Shown here: positions 11,609 to 23,100 of the stretch, in pieces
Numbering within the stretch: position 1 is the stretch's first letter
Layout of the letters: each line of letters begins with the position of its first letter
Assembly: GCF_035594765.1 (NCBI RefSeq)
Contig: NW_026943819.1
Span: forward strand, 1,426,001-1,490,000
Direction of reading: 5' to 3'
From: Anolis carolinensis
Lineage: Eukaryota
DNA length: 64,000 nt
Made by a program: the position numbers and the translations under genes
The notes under the pieces: generated by a model
The model's database searches: none
What the model saw: only the letters and a program-made list of their open reading frames with translations
Told to the model about the DNA's origin: nothing

Positions 11609-11970
11609 CACCATCATCACTCTTGTACCCCTGGGCCTGTTCTGCCTGGCCCTTCAAAGGCAGAGGCTACGGAAGAAAACTCCAAACTAACACCATCATC
11701 CCTCTTGCACCCAGGGCCCGTTCTGCCTGGCCCGACAAAAGCAGAGGCTACGGAGGAAGAGGAGGCCCTGGAGCAACTGTTGGGATGTGGCTCCGCTTTC
11801 TCCCAAAACGAGAAACCACTCCGAACTAACACCATCATCACTCTTGCACCCTGGACCTGTTCTGCCTGGCCCTTCAAAGGTAGGCTATGGAGGAAGAGGA
11901 GGCCCCGGAGCAACTCTTGGGATGTGGCTCCTCTTTTTCCCGAAATGGGAAACCACTCTGATCTAACACC
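11609..11970. repeat. Three imperfect tandem repeats (~82-139 bp) in the KMT2A 3' UTR
   Basis: CACCATCATC(A/C)CTCTTG...GTTCTGCCTGGCCC recurs at 11609, 11691 and 11830. Confidence 0.8.
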
Positions 11971-12846
11971 AAGGCGGCGGAGGAAGAAGAAGGCCGGACT
12001 GCTCATGGTCCAGCGTTTGGATATCCACGGACATTGACACGTCCGGCATTTGAGACGGACCCCGATGCCCAGAGGCAGAGCCTGATGGGAAGAGGAAGGG
12101 AGGAAGAGGCCGCTCGGCCCCCTGCCCACTCCCAAAGCCCAGGCCCCCCTGCCCAAGGCCTCCCCCCTTCGGAGGAGACGGTCTTGGAGGACGCCACAAT
12201 TGGGAGAAAAAAAAAAGGAAAGACAAATAGTCCCATAAGTACTCTTCCCTTACGAAGTGCTGCTTCTCATAGAAAAATATACAAAATATATTTACATTTA
12301 CAAAAAACCTTAAATACGCAAGCTGTAAACAGAACCGGGTAAGATCCAATGACGCGACCGGGGGGGGGGGGGGGGCAAACTCAAAAGGGGCGGAAAGGAA
12401 GTTGTGCTGCTGCTGCGTTTCGGAACGGGAACAGGGCCGGCCTCTCTGGGGACAAAGCGGGGGGGGGGGGGGGTGCTTATCTCCCTCCCAGTGCAAACCC
12501 ACATCCCCCACCCTCCCCAGTGCCACCCCTCTTTCCATTTTGGAAGCAGTGGTTTCCTAGAAGGCTTTGCCTCCAACATGGATGCCCTGGGGTCCCCTCT
12601 GGCGGCAGGACAGCAGGAAGGAAGGCTGGCCCCCTCCCCTGAGTGCCCCTCCCTCCCTCCCTCCCCCCCAGACCCTGAATTCATGGAAGCTGCCCGAACC
12701 AAGGCCAGGGCTGGCCTCAGCGATCTCCCTTTTCTGGCCTGAGGAACCAATGGAGGAGTGGAAAGGACCCCGCCTTTCCACAAAGCCCACCCCTCCCTTT
12801 GCAGCCAAAGGGCGGGGGGGGGGGGTCGGCCCCTCGGGCAGGAAGC

Positions 12847-15800
12847 TCAGTTGAGGAACCGGCGGCACTTCTTGGCACCGCAGTTGCAGGGCAGCTTGTT
12901 GCTGGCGTCCTCGATGGGGAACTTGTAGTCGTAGGTCAGCTCCTCCCCGCGGAAGATCTTGCGCATGGCGAAGATGACGATGTGCTTCTGCCCGTCGATG
13001 TTGATGACCCGGGAGAAGCAGTTGGGCTCGCAGGAGTGGTTGATGAAGCGGGCCGCGTTCCCGTGCATGGTGGCGTCCACCACCTCCGCGTCGTCAATGC
13101 GGAACATGTAGCAGCCGATGTCCTGGAAGAGAGATGTTGGGTGAGTGGGCTTATCAACAGCAGACCCTCCCCATAACCGTATAGCAGAACAATATGGTTG
13201 CAGTATTTACACAAACAAGGTTTCTATAACACTAATAAAGTTCTGTATACTTCCTTCTTTGCTTCCACGCTGGGCTTCTTTCTCATACAGATAAACAGCT
13301 TCGCTCTCATAGAACCTCCTCTCACAACAAATTTACACAGTAGCTTTACACACAGCAGCAGCCTTCATACAGGAGCTTCACACACAAGGCCTTCAACCTG
13401 GGGCTTCTCTTTGAATGCGATTTCCTGCTTCTTGGCAGGGGGTTGGACTGGATGGCCCATGAGGTCTCTTCCAACTCTACTATTCTATGATTCTATGATT
13501 CTAGAAGCTTCTCACACCAGGCCTTCTCATACAGAAGCCTACCTCACACACAGAGACCTACTTCACCCTGAGGCCTACCTCACACAGAGGCCTTCTCTCA
13601 CTGTGACTGACTAACACTGAATACCACACAGAAGTGTTCTCTCACTTTCTTTGGGGCAACACTTGACTCACATTTTTTTGTAATTAAAAGTCCCAAGTTA
13701 ATTTCTGACAAGAGAGATGGGGAGGAAGAGGTCAGATCCCAAGGACCAGCCAAGCAGCGAAGGCCAAACGGGGGGACGGAGACTCCGGTTGCCAAGGTCT
13801 CACCTTGCTGTCGTAGTACTTCTCCCGCTTGTCAGTGAGAATGGAGCGGATGACGTTGCCGGCGTATTCGATCACCATCTCGCCGGCGTCGATGTTCCTC
13901 TTGCAGAACAGGCCTCGGCCGTGGATGGGGGATCTGTGACAAGAGGGGCAAAGTGGGTGGGACCATGGGTGCCACCCGTCCGAGCGGCCTCTCGCCACCT
14001 CCCCTCCGCTCTCCCACCCCACTGACCTGTAGACCCCGACGGCCTCCTTGGAGGTCTTCTTCAGGTGCCGGAAGCGCATGGGCATGGGGAGGTCCATGCT
14101 GGTGGCCCTCCTGCAGAAGGGAGGAAGGGAGGAAGGGGAGGAAGAAGGCTGCTTGAGAGCCCCCTGCAGCAGAGCTCCTTGCCACGAGGGAGGGCCGGGC
14201 AGCTCTTCTCGGCAACCGCTCCGTGGCCCCAATGATCCCTTGACACCCCTCCCTCCCTCCCGCAGACAAGATCAAGAAGATGCGGCCTTTGAGCCCCCCC
14301 ACCAACTCGCCTCCGCACCCGCTATGTACCGGGCAGACTTCAGCTGCACCTCCTCCTCCTCCTCCTCGTTGGGGTGGTACTCGGGCGGCTGGCGGTGCTT
14401 GGAGGCCAGGAAGTTGAACATGTCAAAGGCAGACTTCCTGCAGGGCAAGTGGGGGGGGGGGGGGGGGAGAAGGTCAGGAAGGTGGTCTTGGCCCCCTCAC
14501 CTGCCTCTTGGGTGACTCTTGGAGCCCTTTCCTGCACCACCAACCCCACCACTGCTCCCAGATAGGGCTCTGCATTGGCTCCTGCATCTATGGGGTCAGT
14601 TCCTTGTGCCCATGGCCTTCTCTCTCTTCTCCCAGCAAGGAAATGGGCTCCAGCTGGTGCCACGCAATGGATGCCCAGAGAAAGGCAGGGCCTGGGAGTA
14701 GAGTGCAGCCGCACTTCCTTCCCAACAAGGCCCTGCCCTGCCTCAGCCCCTCCAGTCTCCCCAGTTCTCTTGGGGTCCTCGGTGCCACTTGCCTGAGGTG
14801 CACTTCGGCCCTGGCGGAGCCATGGGGGTTGACGGGGGGCTCCTTGGTCTCCTCCGGTTTGTGGAAGCGGAACTTGTAGTTGTGGCAGTGCTTGGCGCCG
14901 TAGAGCTGCTCCACCAGGAAGACCACGGCATCGTGGAGAAGGCCCAACATCCGCAGCCCACTCACACCTGCAGCGGGAGGAAGAGAAGGGAGAACCGGGG
15001 CAGGAAACGTGTGACCCCCACTCAGCTCAGCTCCGCCCATCCTGAGGTCACAAGAGGCTCCGAGAGGGACTATGCACTTTGACCAAAGCGTCCCACTAGC
15101 ACGTGATTGAACCTCAAGAACATAGCCATCTCTACTAAGCACTTACTGGACAAGATCTGACTGTTGCACTTTATGGAACCAAACTTTAACGAGCTACCTG
15201 TAATATTATATCACGAGACCCCCTATTAATTCGAACTACTCCCAGACTGAGTAAAGAACACTACAGCATCTATTGTTCGGAATAAGCACTAATGCACTTT
15301 AGAGATAAACTGTATAGTTGCTATTATAATTAACATCAGCTGTGGGGTTAGTACACAATTAGGGTAATAGTGGGGAGCAGGGAGGGGTCAGTTAGGGGGC
15401 GGGAAGGTTCGGTGGGTAATTGGTGTAAGAAGTGGCCTTAAAAGCAACACAAATAGTACACTCTGGAGCCCCTGAGGAGGTGTGGCCACAGGCCTCACAC
15501 AGCCACGGCTCTTGGGCCTGAGGCAGACAACAATGGTCCAGGGCAACCCAAGCACCACCCCGGCAAGACTTATTGAGGATTCTGGATGAATGGATTCTAA
15601 TCTTGGACATGCTTAAAATTTTATATAATGTGATTTTATTTTGTAATGTTTTATATGAATTGTTGTTTTGTAGATTGTTTTATATGAATTGTTGTTTTTA
15701 TATTGTTTTTAGGCATTGAATTTTTGCCTATTTATTGTAAGCCGCTTTGAGTCCCCTCGGGGAGAAAGGCGGGGTAAAAGTGATGTAAATAAATAAATAA

Positions 15801-17067
15801 GGAGGCCTGCGCCCAGGAGATTGCCCCTAAGGAAGGCACACATTTGTGGCAAACCCAAAGACGACCCACCTGCAAAGGAGAGCTGCTTCAAGCGGGCGTT
15901 GGACCGCGCCTCCTGGACTTTGTCAGTCAAGGATTTCCAGGCCTCTGAGATCATGAGAAAAGAAGGATTCAGTAGAATGGGGAGACCCAAGGTCCTCCCA
16001 AAGCCCCTTCTGGAGCCACACAACTTCCGGATGCTCCAGGGACTCTAAATCCCAGCATGCCTCCATCAGGCCACTCCTGTGGCCTTTGGGCAGCTGATGT
16101 TGGGCTCAAGACCTCAGGCGGGTGCTGCAAACTCCCACGTCCTGCCCGCCCCTGCACTCCGCACACCTTCAATACTTTCTGCACAGATCTGAAAGCCGTC
16201 ATCGCTGGAGATCTCAAAGACCAGCCCCTTCTTGGGCTTCCTCTCCACAAGGCCTTCCTTTCTCCTCTGCTCCTGCTGCAGCCAGAACATGAGTGGGGAG
16301 CTGAAGGTGCCCTCCTCCTCCTCCTCTTCCTCCTCGGGAGCCTTGGGGTCTGGAGGGAAAAGAGGAGCCGCTTGCCTCCCACACGACAAACAACCACAAA
16401 CACGAGAGAGGAAAGCAGGGCACCCAGGGCCTCCCTCTTTGCACCCCACACACCTGCCGGCTCTGGTTCGCTTGGTGTGCTCTGCTTCGGGGAGAGATGC
16501 GGGTGGGCTTCGGGGAGAGATGCGGGTTGTCTGGGGAGAGGAAGACAGTCAATGCCACTCCACATGGCAGCCATCGTGACTCGATTCAGTTAACAAACCA
16601 GGCTGGTCAATGGGTGGCCCAAGAGATCCCTGTCCCCATTGGCTACTACTGGGTCAGCTGGCCCAAGAGATGAAGGAGGAAGCCTCCCAAGAGCCCACAG
16701 GACTTACCCTGCCGCCTTCGGGGCCGGGGGGTCTAGGCTTTCTTTCTCCTCCGGCTGCACCTTTGCGGCAGGGATTCTAGGACAGATGGACAGAGAGTTA
16801 GATTGTTTCTTGTACCAGTCACAAGCCATGACATCAAATAACATACAACCTTTAAAAGCACAATAAGCGCTTTCCAATGTAAACATTAAAACTTATTCCA
16901 TATCCTGGCTCTTTAAAACTACAGTCACTGTGATGTGATAATAACAATGTCTGATTTGTATCATCCCAAACTATCTCAATTTCCATTTTTAGCCTCTGCT
17001 GCGGACTTTACTAATTTAGCTTGGATTTTTTGGGCTGCATTTGCAAATGCAGTAACCTTTAATGTTG

Positions 17068-17126
<59 letters not shown>

Positions 17127-20100
17127 GTCTGTCTGTCTGTCTGTCTGGGTAATGGAATCACGGCACTGGACAAAACAACTAAACTAAACACCCCACAACC
17201 TCAAAAATTGACAGCAAAACCTCTCATCCACGCCTCTACGTTCATACAACAAAAAGAAAAGAAAAATAAAGTCCTAGCCACAGCAACGCGTGGCCGTGCA
17301 CAGCTAGTTTTGAATAATCCGCTAACAAGTCACAGATAACTGCTGACTGTTGCCATGCATCCCTTTCTTCCTTCCAAAAGGGCTCCCAGAAGATTGTTTC
17401 TAGGGTCATTATACAAAGGGCAGTGTAACAGATAGTGTAATAAATCCTCTCTTTCCCCCAAAAGACCCACAAATACAAAGTTGTTGAGCGTAAGAGATCC
17501 CTGTATATCTTTCTTCTAGCCAGCCTGATGGGGTTCTTCAGAAGTGCAGCGCTATAAATGCTTTTCTAAGGGCTACAGGCGTTAGGTCTTGGAGATATTG
17601 TTGACAACATTGGTCACTCTTTAGTAGAGGATACCAAGGGGTGAAACCCTGGTGTTTACTGCTCCGCAAGTCGTCAGATACATCCATTTTAAAGATTTGG
17701 TTGACAGAGTTATTTTGGACTCACACAGGGTCAGTAGAACCTGCCAAGGCTCTTGTCTGTCAGGAGAGAGAAGCAGTAGAGCAGAAGAGACCCCCTCTCC
17801 CTCCAGGAAGTCCCCCATTTGATCAGTGTGGGGGGGGGGGAGTGTGATTGCAAAGAGGGGAGGGGGCTCTGTGGCCCAGCAGGCCATCTCTTACCTGCCG
17901 CCGGCCTCCTGGGCTGCTGCCCCCCTTGTGCCTCGCTGGGGAGCCTCCTTCTCCAGGGACCTGGTCCAGAGCGGAGTGGCCTTGTGCTTCTTTGCAGACG
18001 CCTTGCTGTCCACGGAGGGCGGGAGCCTCTTGGCTTTGAGCTTGGCCTTCGTGGCGCTTGGGGGGCCCTGCTCTGCAGGTTGGGGCACCCCGGGAGTAGC
18101 AGCAGCGGGAGTGGCACGCACGGCGGTGGCGGAGGAAACACAGGGCTTGCTTTGCTCCAAAGAGGAGTCTGCGGCATCCACTGCCGGAGGAAAGCGGGGT
18201 AGTGGAGGGGTTCCTGACTGGGGCGCCATGGCCCCACTTTTGCCAGAAAGGAGCTGGGTCAGGGGGGGCCCCGGCTGGTAGGGGCCATCCGCGTCAGGGG
18301 CCAGGCCCAGAGTCTGGGGAGAGGGCAAGACGCACATGCTGGACGAGGCCCCCTGAGCCGCTGGGGGGCCCTCGGCCAGCGGGGCAAAGATCCCAGAGGG
18401 GACAGGGGGTGGAGGGGGGGCCGGGTGGGGCTCGGGGAGGCCCAGGCCTTGCTGCTGGGAAGCTTTGAGGAGGAGGCTTCCCAAGGGCCCCATGTCTGGG
18501 GAGGTGCCTGGCATAGCGTGGCCCCTCCCCATCGCGTGGCCAGGGGTGGCCGGGCCGGACAGGGGCTGCATGGGCACCACGTTCAGCACAGGGGGAGGGG
18601 AGGCTGGGCCAGGGGCAAGGCAGCCCACTTCGGGCCCAACCCCGCCGGATGGCGTTCCGATTGCTGGCCCCGGGGGCAAGAGAGGTTGCTGCTCAAAGTA
18701 CATCACCCCTCCGGCCTTGGAGCGCTTGATGATGTTGGGGAGGGCCCTGTGGGACGACGAAGTGCTGACCGCTCCCCCCAGGTCCAGGAGGCCCGGATGG
18801 GAGGGCAGCTGGGACGGAGCGAAGTTGACCAGGGCCATGCCGGAGGGAGCCATGTCGGACGGGGCCAGCTTCTTGCTCTTCCGCGACTGCAGCCGTGCAA
18901 TGGGGCGCTTCTTGCCGAGGGCGGAGGGCGGGGTCCCGGGGGAAGGGGAGGGGCCCAGCTCACCCCTCTGGCCAGCCTCGGGGTCCGGCGGCTGCTGGAC
19001 GCCAATCAGGAGGCCCGAGGAGGGCCCGGGGCTGGCCAGGGCCGGGGGGAATCCGCTCTGTGGTCCGGCTGAGAAGGGGTGCAGGTGCTGGTGGTGGGCC
19101 ATGGGCAGCAGCCCTTTGCCGGAGGAAGGGAAGAGGGGCTGCTGGGAGGAGGAGGGCAGGCTGGGGCTCAGCCCCGCGGCCAGCGCCAGCTCAGCCGATC
19201 CCATTGGCCCCATGGCTTCCATCACTCCCGTGGCGGATCCCACAGAGGAGGTCAGCTGGATCTTCTGCGTGACGCCATTGGGCAATGTCTGCAGGACATA
19301 AAGAGGCTGCATGTTCTGGTTCACCACCAAGAGCTTCTCAGCGCCGGGCTTGAGGTGGAGGGGGGCTGTCTGCACCGCAGCGTTGGTGATTTGGGAGGGG
19401 CCGGGGCTCTCCACAGCGCTGGGCCTGTACTTGGCGCCCTGGAGTGGGAGGGTGGGCGAGACGGGGACCTGGAGGCCGGGCGTCCCACTGCTCCTGGCCA
19501 GGTCTTGCTCCGAGGGTCCGCAGGAGGGGCTGGTGATGTGCTCTGGCTCCATGTGGCCCTGGATGAAGGTGTCCGGGGTGAGGGGTCCGTCAGGGCTGGG
19601 GTCCACTTGGGGGCTCAGGAGGGGCGGCTCCCCTTCGCTGGGTGCAGACTTCTCCGTGACGGTGACCCTTTTCTCGGCAGGCTCTGCGGAAGGCAAGGCC
19701 AGCATGGCTCTCTCCCGAGAGGAGGAGAGCGAGGCCTCGGAAATGGTGGCAAGCCGGCTGTGGTTCTGGCTGGGCACCGTGGGGCTCCGCGTTGTCAAGA
19801 CGGAGAGGTCGGACGGGAGCTCTAAGGGCAGCTCGAACTGCTCCTCGGCCGAGATGGAGGACGAGACGCTGCTGTCCACTGGCTCGGCACTGGGCAGCTG
19901 CTGAGAGAAGACCTCGAAGAGGCCCATGTCCTTGCCCCGGTTGCTGTCCAGGCCCAGGCCGTCCCCCAGCGTCAGCAGCTCCGAGGAGGAGGACTCGGGG
20001 CTCTCCCCCAGGGCTTGCATCGAGGGGGTGTTCTTCAGCACAAAGTCCATGATGTCCGAAGGGAGGATGTTTCCGCAGTCGTCGCTGTTGTTGTTGTCCG

Positions 20101-23100
20101 AGTCGGACTTGAGCAGCTCGGTGCTGAAGGTGTCCAGGAGGTTCTTCTCTGGGGGCTCTGTGGAGGCTCGGGTCCGGCGGCCTGCGGCCTCCAGGGAGCT
20201 CAGCTGGGCCTCCAAGGGATCCTGGCTCTGAGCCTTGACCCGGCAGTTCTCCATCTTGGACTCGGCCACTTTGTGCCCCGCTGAGCCCTTGGTCACCTGG
20301 GCCTTCTCCCCACTGCTCTCCTTCAGGCTCTCCGTTCCGTTCTCCTTGCTGCTGCTCCTCTTGGTCACTGGGTTGCCCTTCCTGGTGGTCACCGTGATGC
20401 TGGTGTCACTCTCCGTCCCGTCGTCTACGCCGTCCAGCTGGGAGATCTTAGGAGGGAGGCTGATGTTCTCCTCTTCACGGAACAAGCCGTGTGGGGGCAG
20501 GTGCTCTTCTCCGCTGGAGACTACGGTCCGGGTGAAGTTGTAGTAGTAGTGCTCTTCCTCGTCGGACGTGCTGAGGTCATCCGCTCCGTCCACTTGCCCT
20601 TCGGCCGACCTCTTCCCACGCTTCTTGCCTGTGGAGTTGCTGTAGAAGGGGATGTCCTCCTCGCCGTAGGACCTCACTCCATACAAGGGGGTCAGCCCAA
20701 AAAACATGTTGGACCTGGCCCTGGCGCTGCGCCGGGGGTACCTCCGCTTGTAAGCCCCGTCCTCCTGCGCCTTCGCCCCGTCCTGGATCATCAAACCGCT
20801 CCCCTGAACAGGGAGGCTGGGGTAGCCCTCTCCGGGGGCCTCGGGGGCCGAAGAAGCAGCAGTAGTAGCAGCAGTGCTCTGGCCTTCTGCAAGAACGCAG
20901 CCGTTGCCGGACTGAGCCCTGGAAGAGTCCGGCTTGCTCTCCTTGCTTTGCAGCTCTGCTTCGCTCTCTCTCTGGACACTCTTGCTCTCCCCTTCCATTT
21001 TGAGAGGAGTCAGGGTCACCTTCACGGTGCGCTTCTGGGAAGCCTGCATCTCCTTCAAAGGGGCTGCTGCATCTCCCTGGAAGGGAGCCTTGGGTGCCCT
21101 CTGGCTCAACAGCCCACTGTTGTCTGGTGCCTTCTCTGGAGCCAAAGTGCTGTTGCAGAGCCTCAGGGGAACCGGCTCAGGAGTGGCAGAAGGGAGAACA
21201 CACTCGGGCCCTGTGCTTTCCTGGTTGTCGGCCGGGAGGAGACTCGTGAAAGGCTTGCTGGGATGCCTCTCCTTGGCTCCCCTCCTGGCCTTCTGCCGCC
21301 TCTCTCGGCCCATGGAAGACGCTAAGGGGTCGCTGATGGAAGGAGGCTGGAGACCTGCTCCCGGAGGCTTGGAGGCCTTGGCTTCTAGATCCTGGAGGGA
21401 GCAGCTCTTTTCCACCTGGGGGAGATCCGCCTGCTGCTCTTGCTCCTTCTTTGGCGCTCTCTGTTGCACAGGCAGAAAGGGCACTGGCTCCTTGGGAGGA
21501 AAGGGCTCTGGTGGGGCTTCAGGGAGCTTTCCTGCTTGGCTGGGGTTTGCCTCCACTCCAGACAGGCTTTGTCCTGGAGGAAGTGCTTTCGAATTCCCAG
21601 GGGAAGAGATGAAGTCCTTGGGGCCCAGCAGCTTGGCCTTTTCTGTCGCCTTGGCAGGGGTGGGCCCTCCCGCTGAGGCTGCTTCGGATGACAGGCCTGT
21701 CCCCTCAGAGGGAGGAGTGCCTTTGTCTCCGCCGCCCGCTGCTTGCTTTGGGGAAATGGGAGGCGGAGGGCTGTTCTGGACAGAGAGGCCTGGGGCTCCT
21801 GGGCCCAGAGGGTGCTCCGGAGGCTTGGTGCTCAACGAATCCTGCTCTGGGGCAGGGGAGAGGCTGGGTCCTAAAGAGACGCTGGGCCTGGTGCCATGAT
21901 GGGGGGCTTCTGTCCGGTTGGGAGGCACTGCCCAGGACCTCAGTTGCTGGGGAGACAGCGGAGAGGCACTGGGTCTCCGGGAGCCAATGCTCTTAAGTCC
22001 AGAAGAGAGCAGTGGGTCTCCCACCGTCACGATTTCATGCGTCACAGGAGTAGGGCTCCCTAAGGAGAAAGCAAAGAGGGTCAGAACGGGAGGGTTATTT
22101 TACAGAACTCAGCCCAGGATGTAAATATCCAGACTATAAAAGCATCAGCATACAGTTTACAATATACAAATATGCAAACATTAAAGCAGAATTTAATATA
22201 AACAGTAATTAGAAATTCAGTTAAAATCCATTAAAACATTCAAAGTTAATGAAAGCACAGGGAGAGAGATCTACAGAGCCAGAGACCAATGTTGCCAAGC
22301 TCTATTTGTCCTGCTCTGCCTTGGGCCGCTCTCAACAGAGAGGCCCTGATGTTCAGACTCTCGCAAACTCCGACGAGGCAACAGCTGGAGGCCTCAGCTC
22401 CAAAACGCCAGCCTCCCCTTCCTCACCAAGGCCATGCCTGTCCATTGCAACTCTGTGAGTCAGTGAGCAGTAAGGAAAGGCAGGCCATAGAAGGCAAAGG
22501 AGGGCTTAGGTCCAGAATGCACACACACAAGCTAACACAAGCTATTGAAGAGAGCTTGGACAAAACACTGGGCACAGAAAAGAAGCCAAGTCACACAACG
22601 TAGAGCGGTCGCAGAAAGCAGGAGGGGACAGACCTGCGGAGGGCAAGGGGCGCGAACCAGGTGACCTCTGGGCAGGGGGAAAGCCCGGTGTCCTGATGCG
22701 CAGAGCCTTGCAGTGCGGAGGATGCAGAGGAAGGTCGGCGGAGGGGGCTCTCAGGACGGGCGGCAGCCCCCGGCCCTCCCTGGCTGGGATTTCTGCAGCA
22801 GGAGAAAAAGAGAAGCCAGGGGTTCTTGCTGGATGCAGACAAAAGAAGGGAACAGTTCCACAAAGGGGTGCAGCCAGGAAACACACCCAATTTGGCAACC
22901 CAGGGCACGGATGCAGCCTCGGCTGGGGCAGGGTCTGGCTCTGCCCACCGGGAAAGCGCATCCAGTGGCAGCCTGAGGAGGAGACTCACCCGGAAGAAGG
23001 GCCAGGCTGTGAGCAACCGTCCTGTTGTCGCTGTGCTCCACCGTGCTGTTGATGTCTGGCTCCAGGGCCGCAGGGCGGCACTCCATGATCTTGCAGGTGT

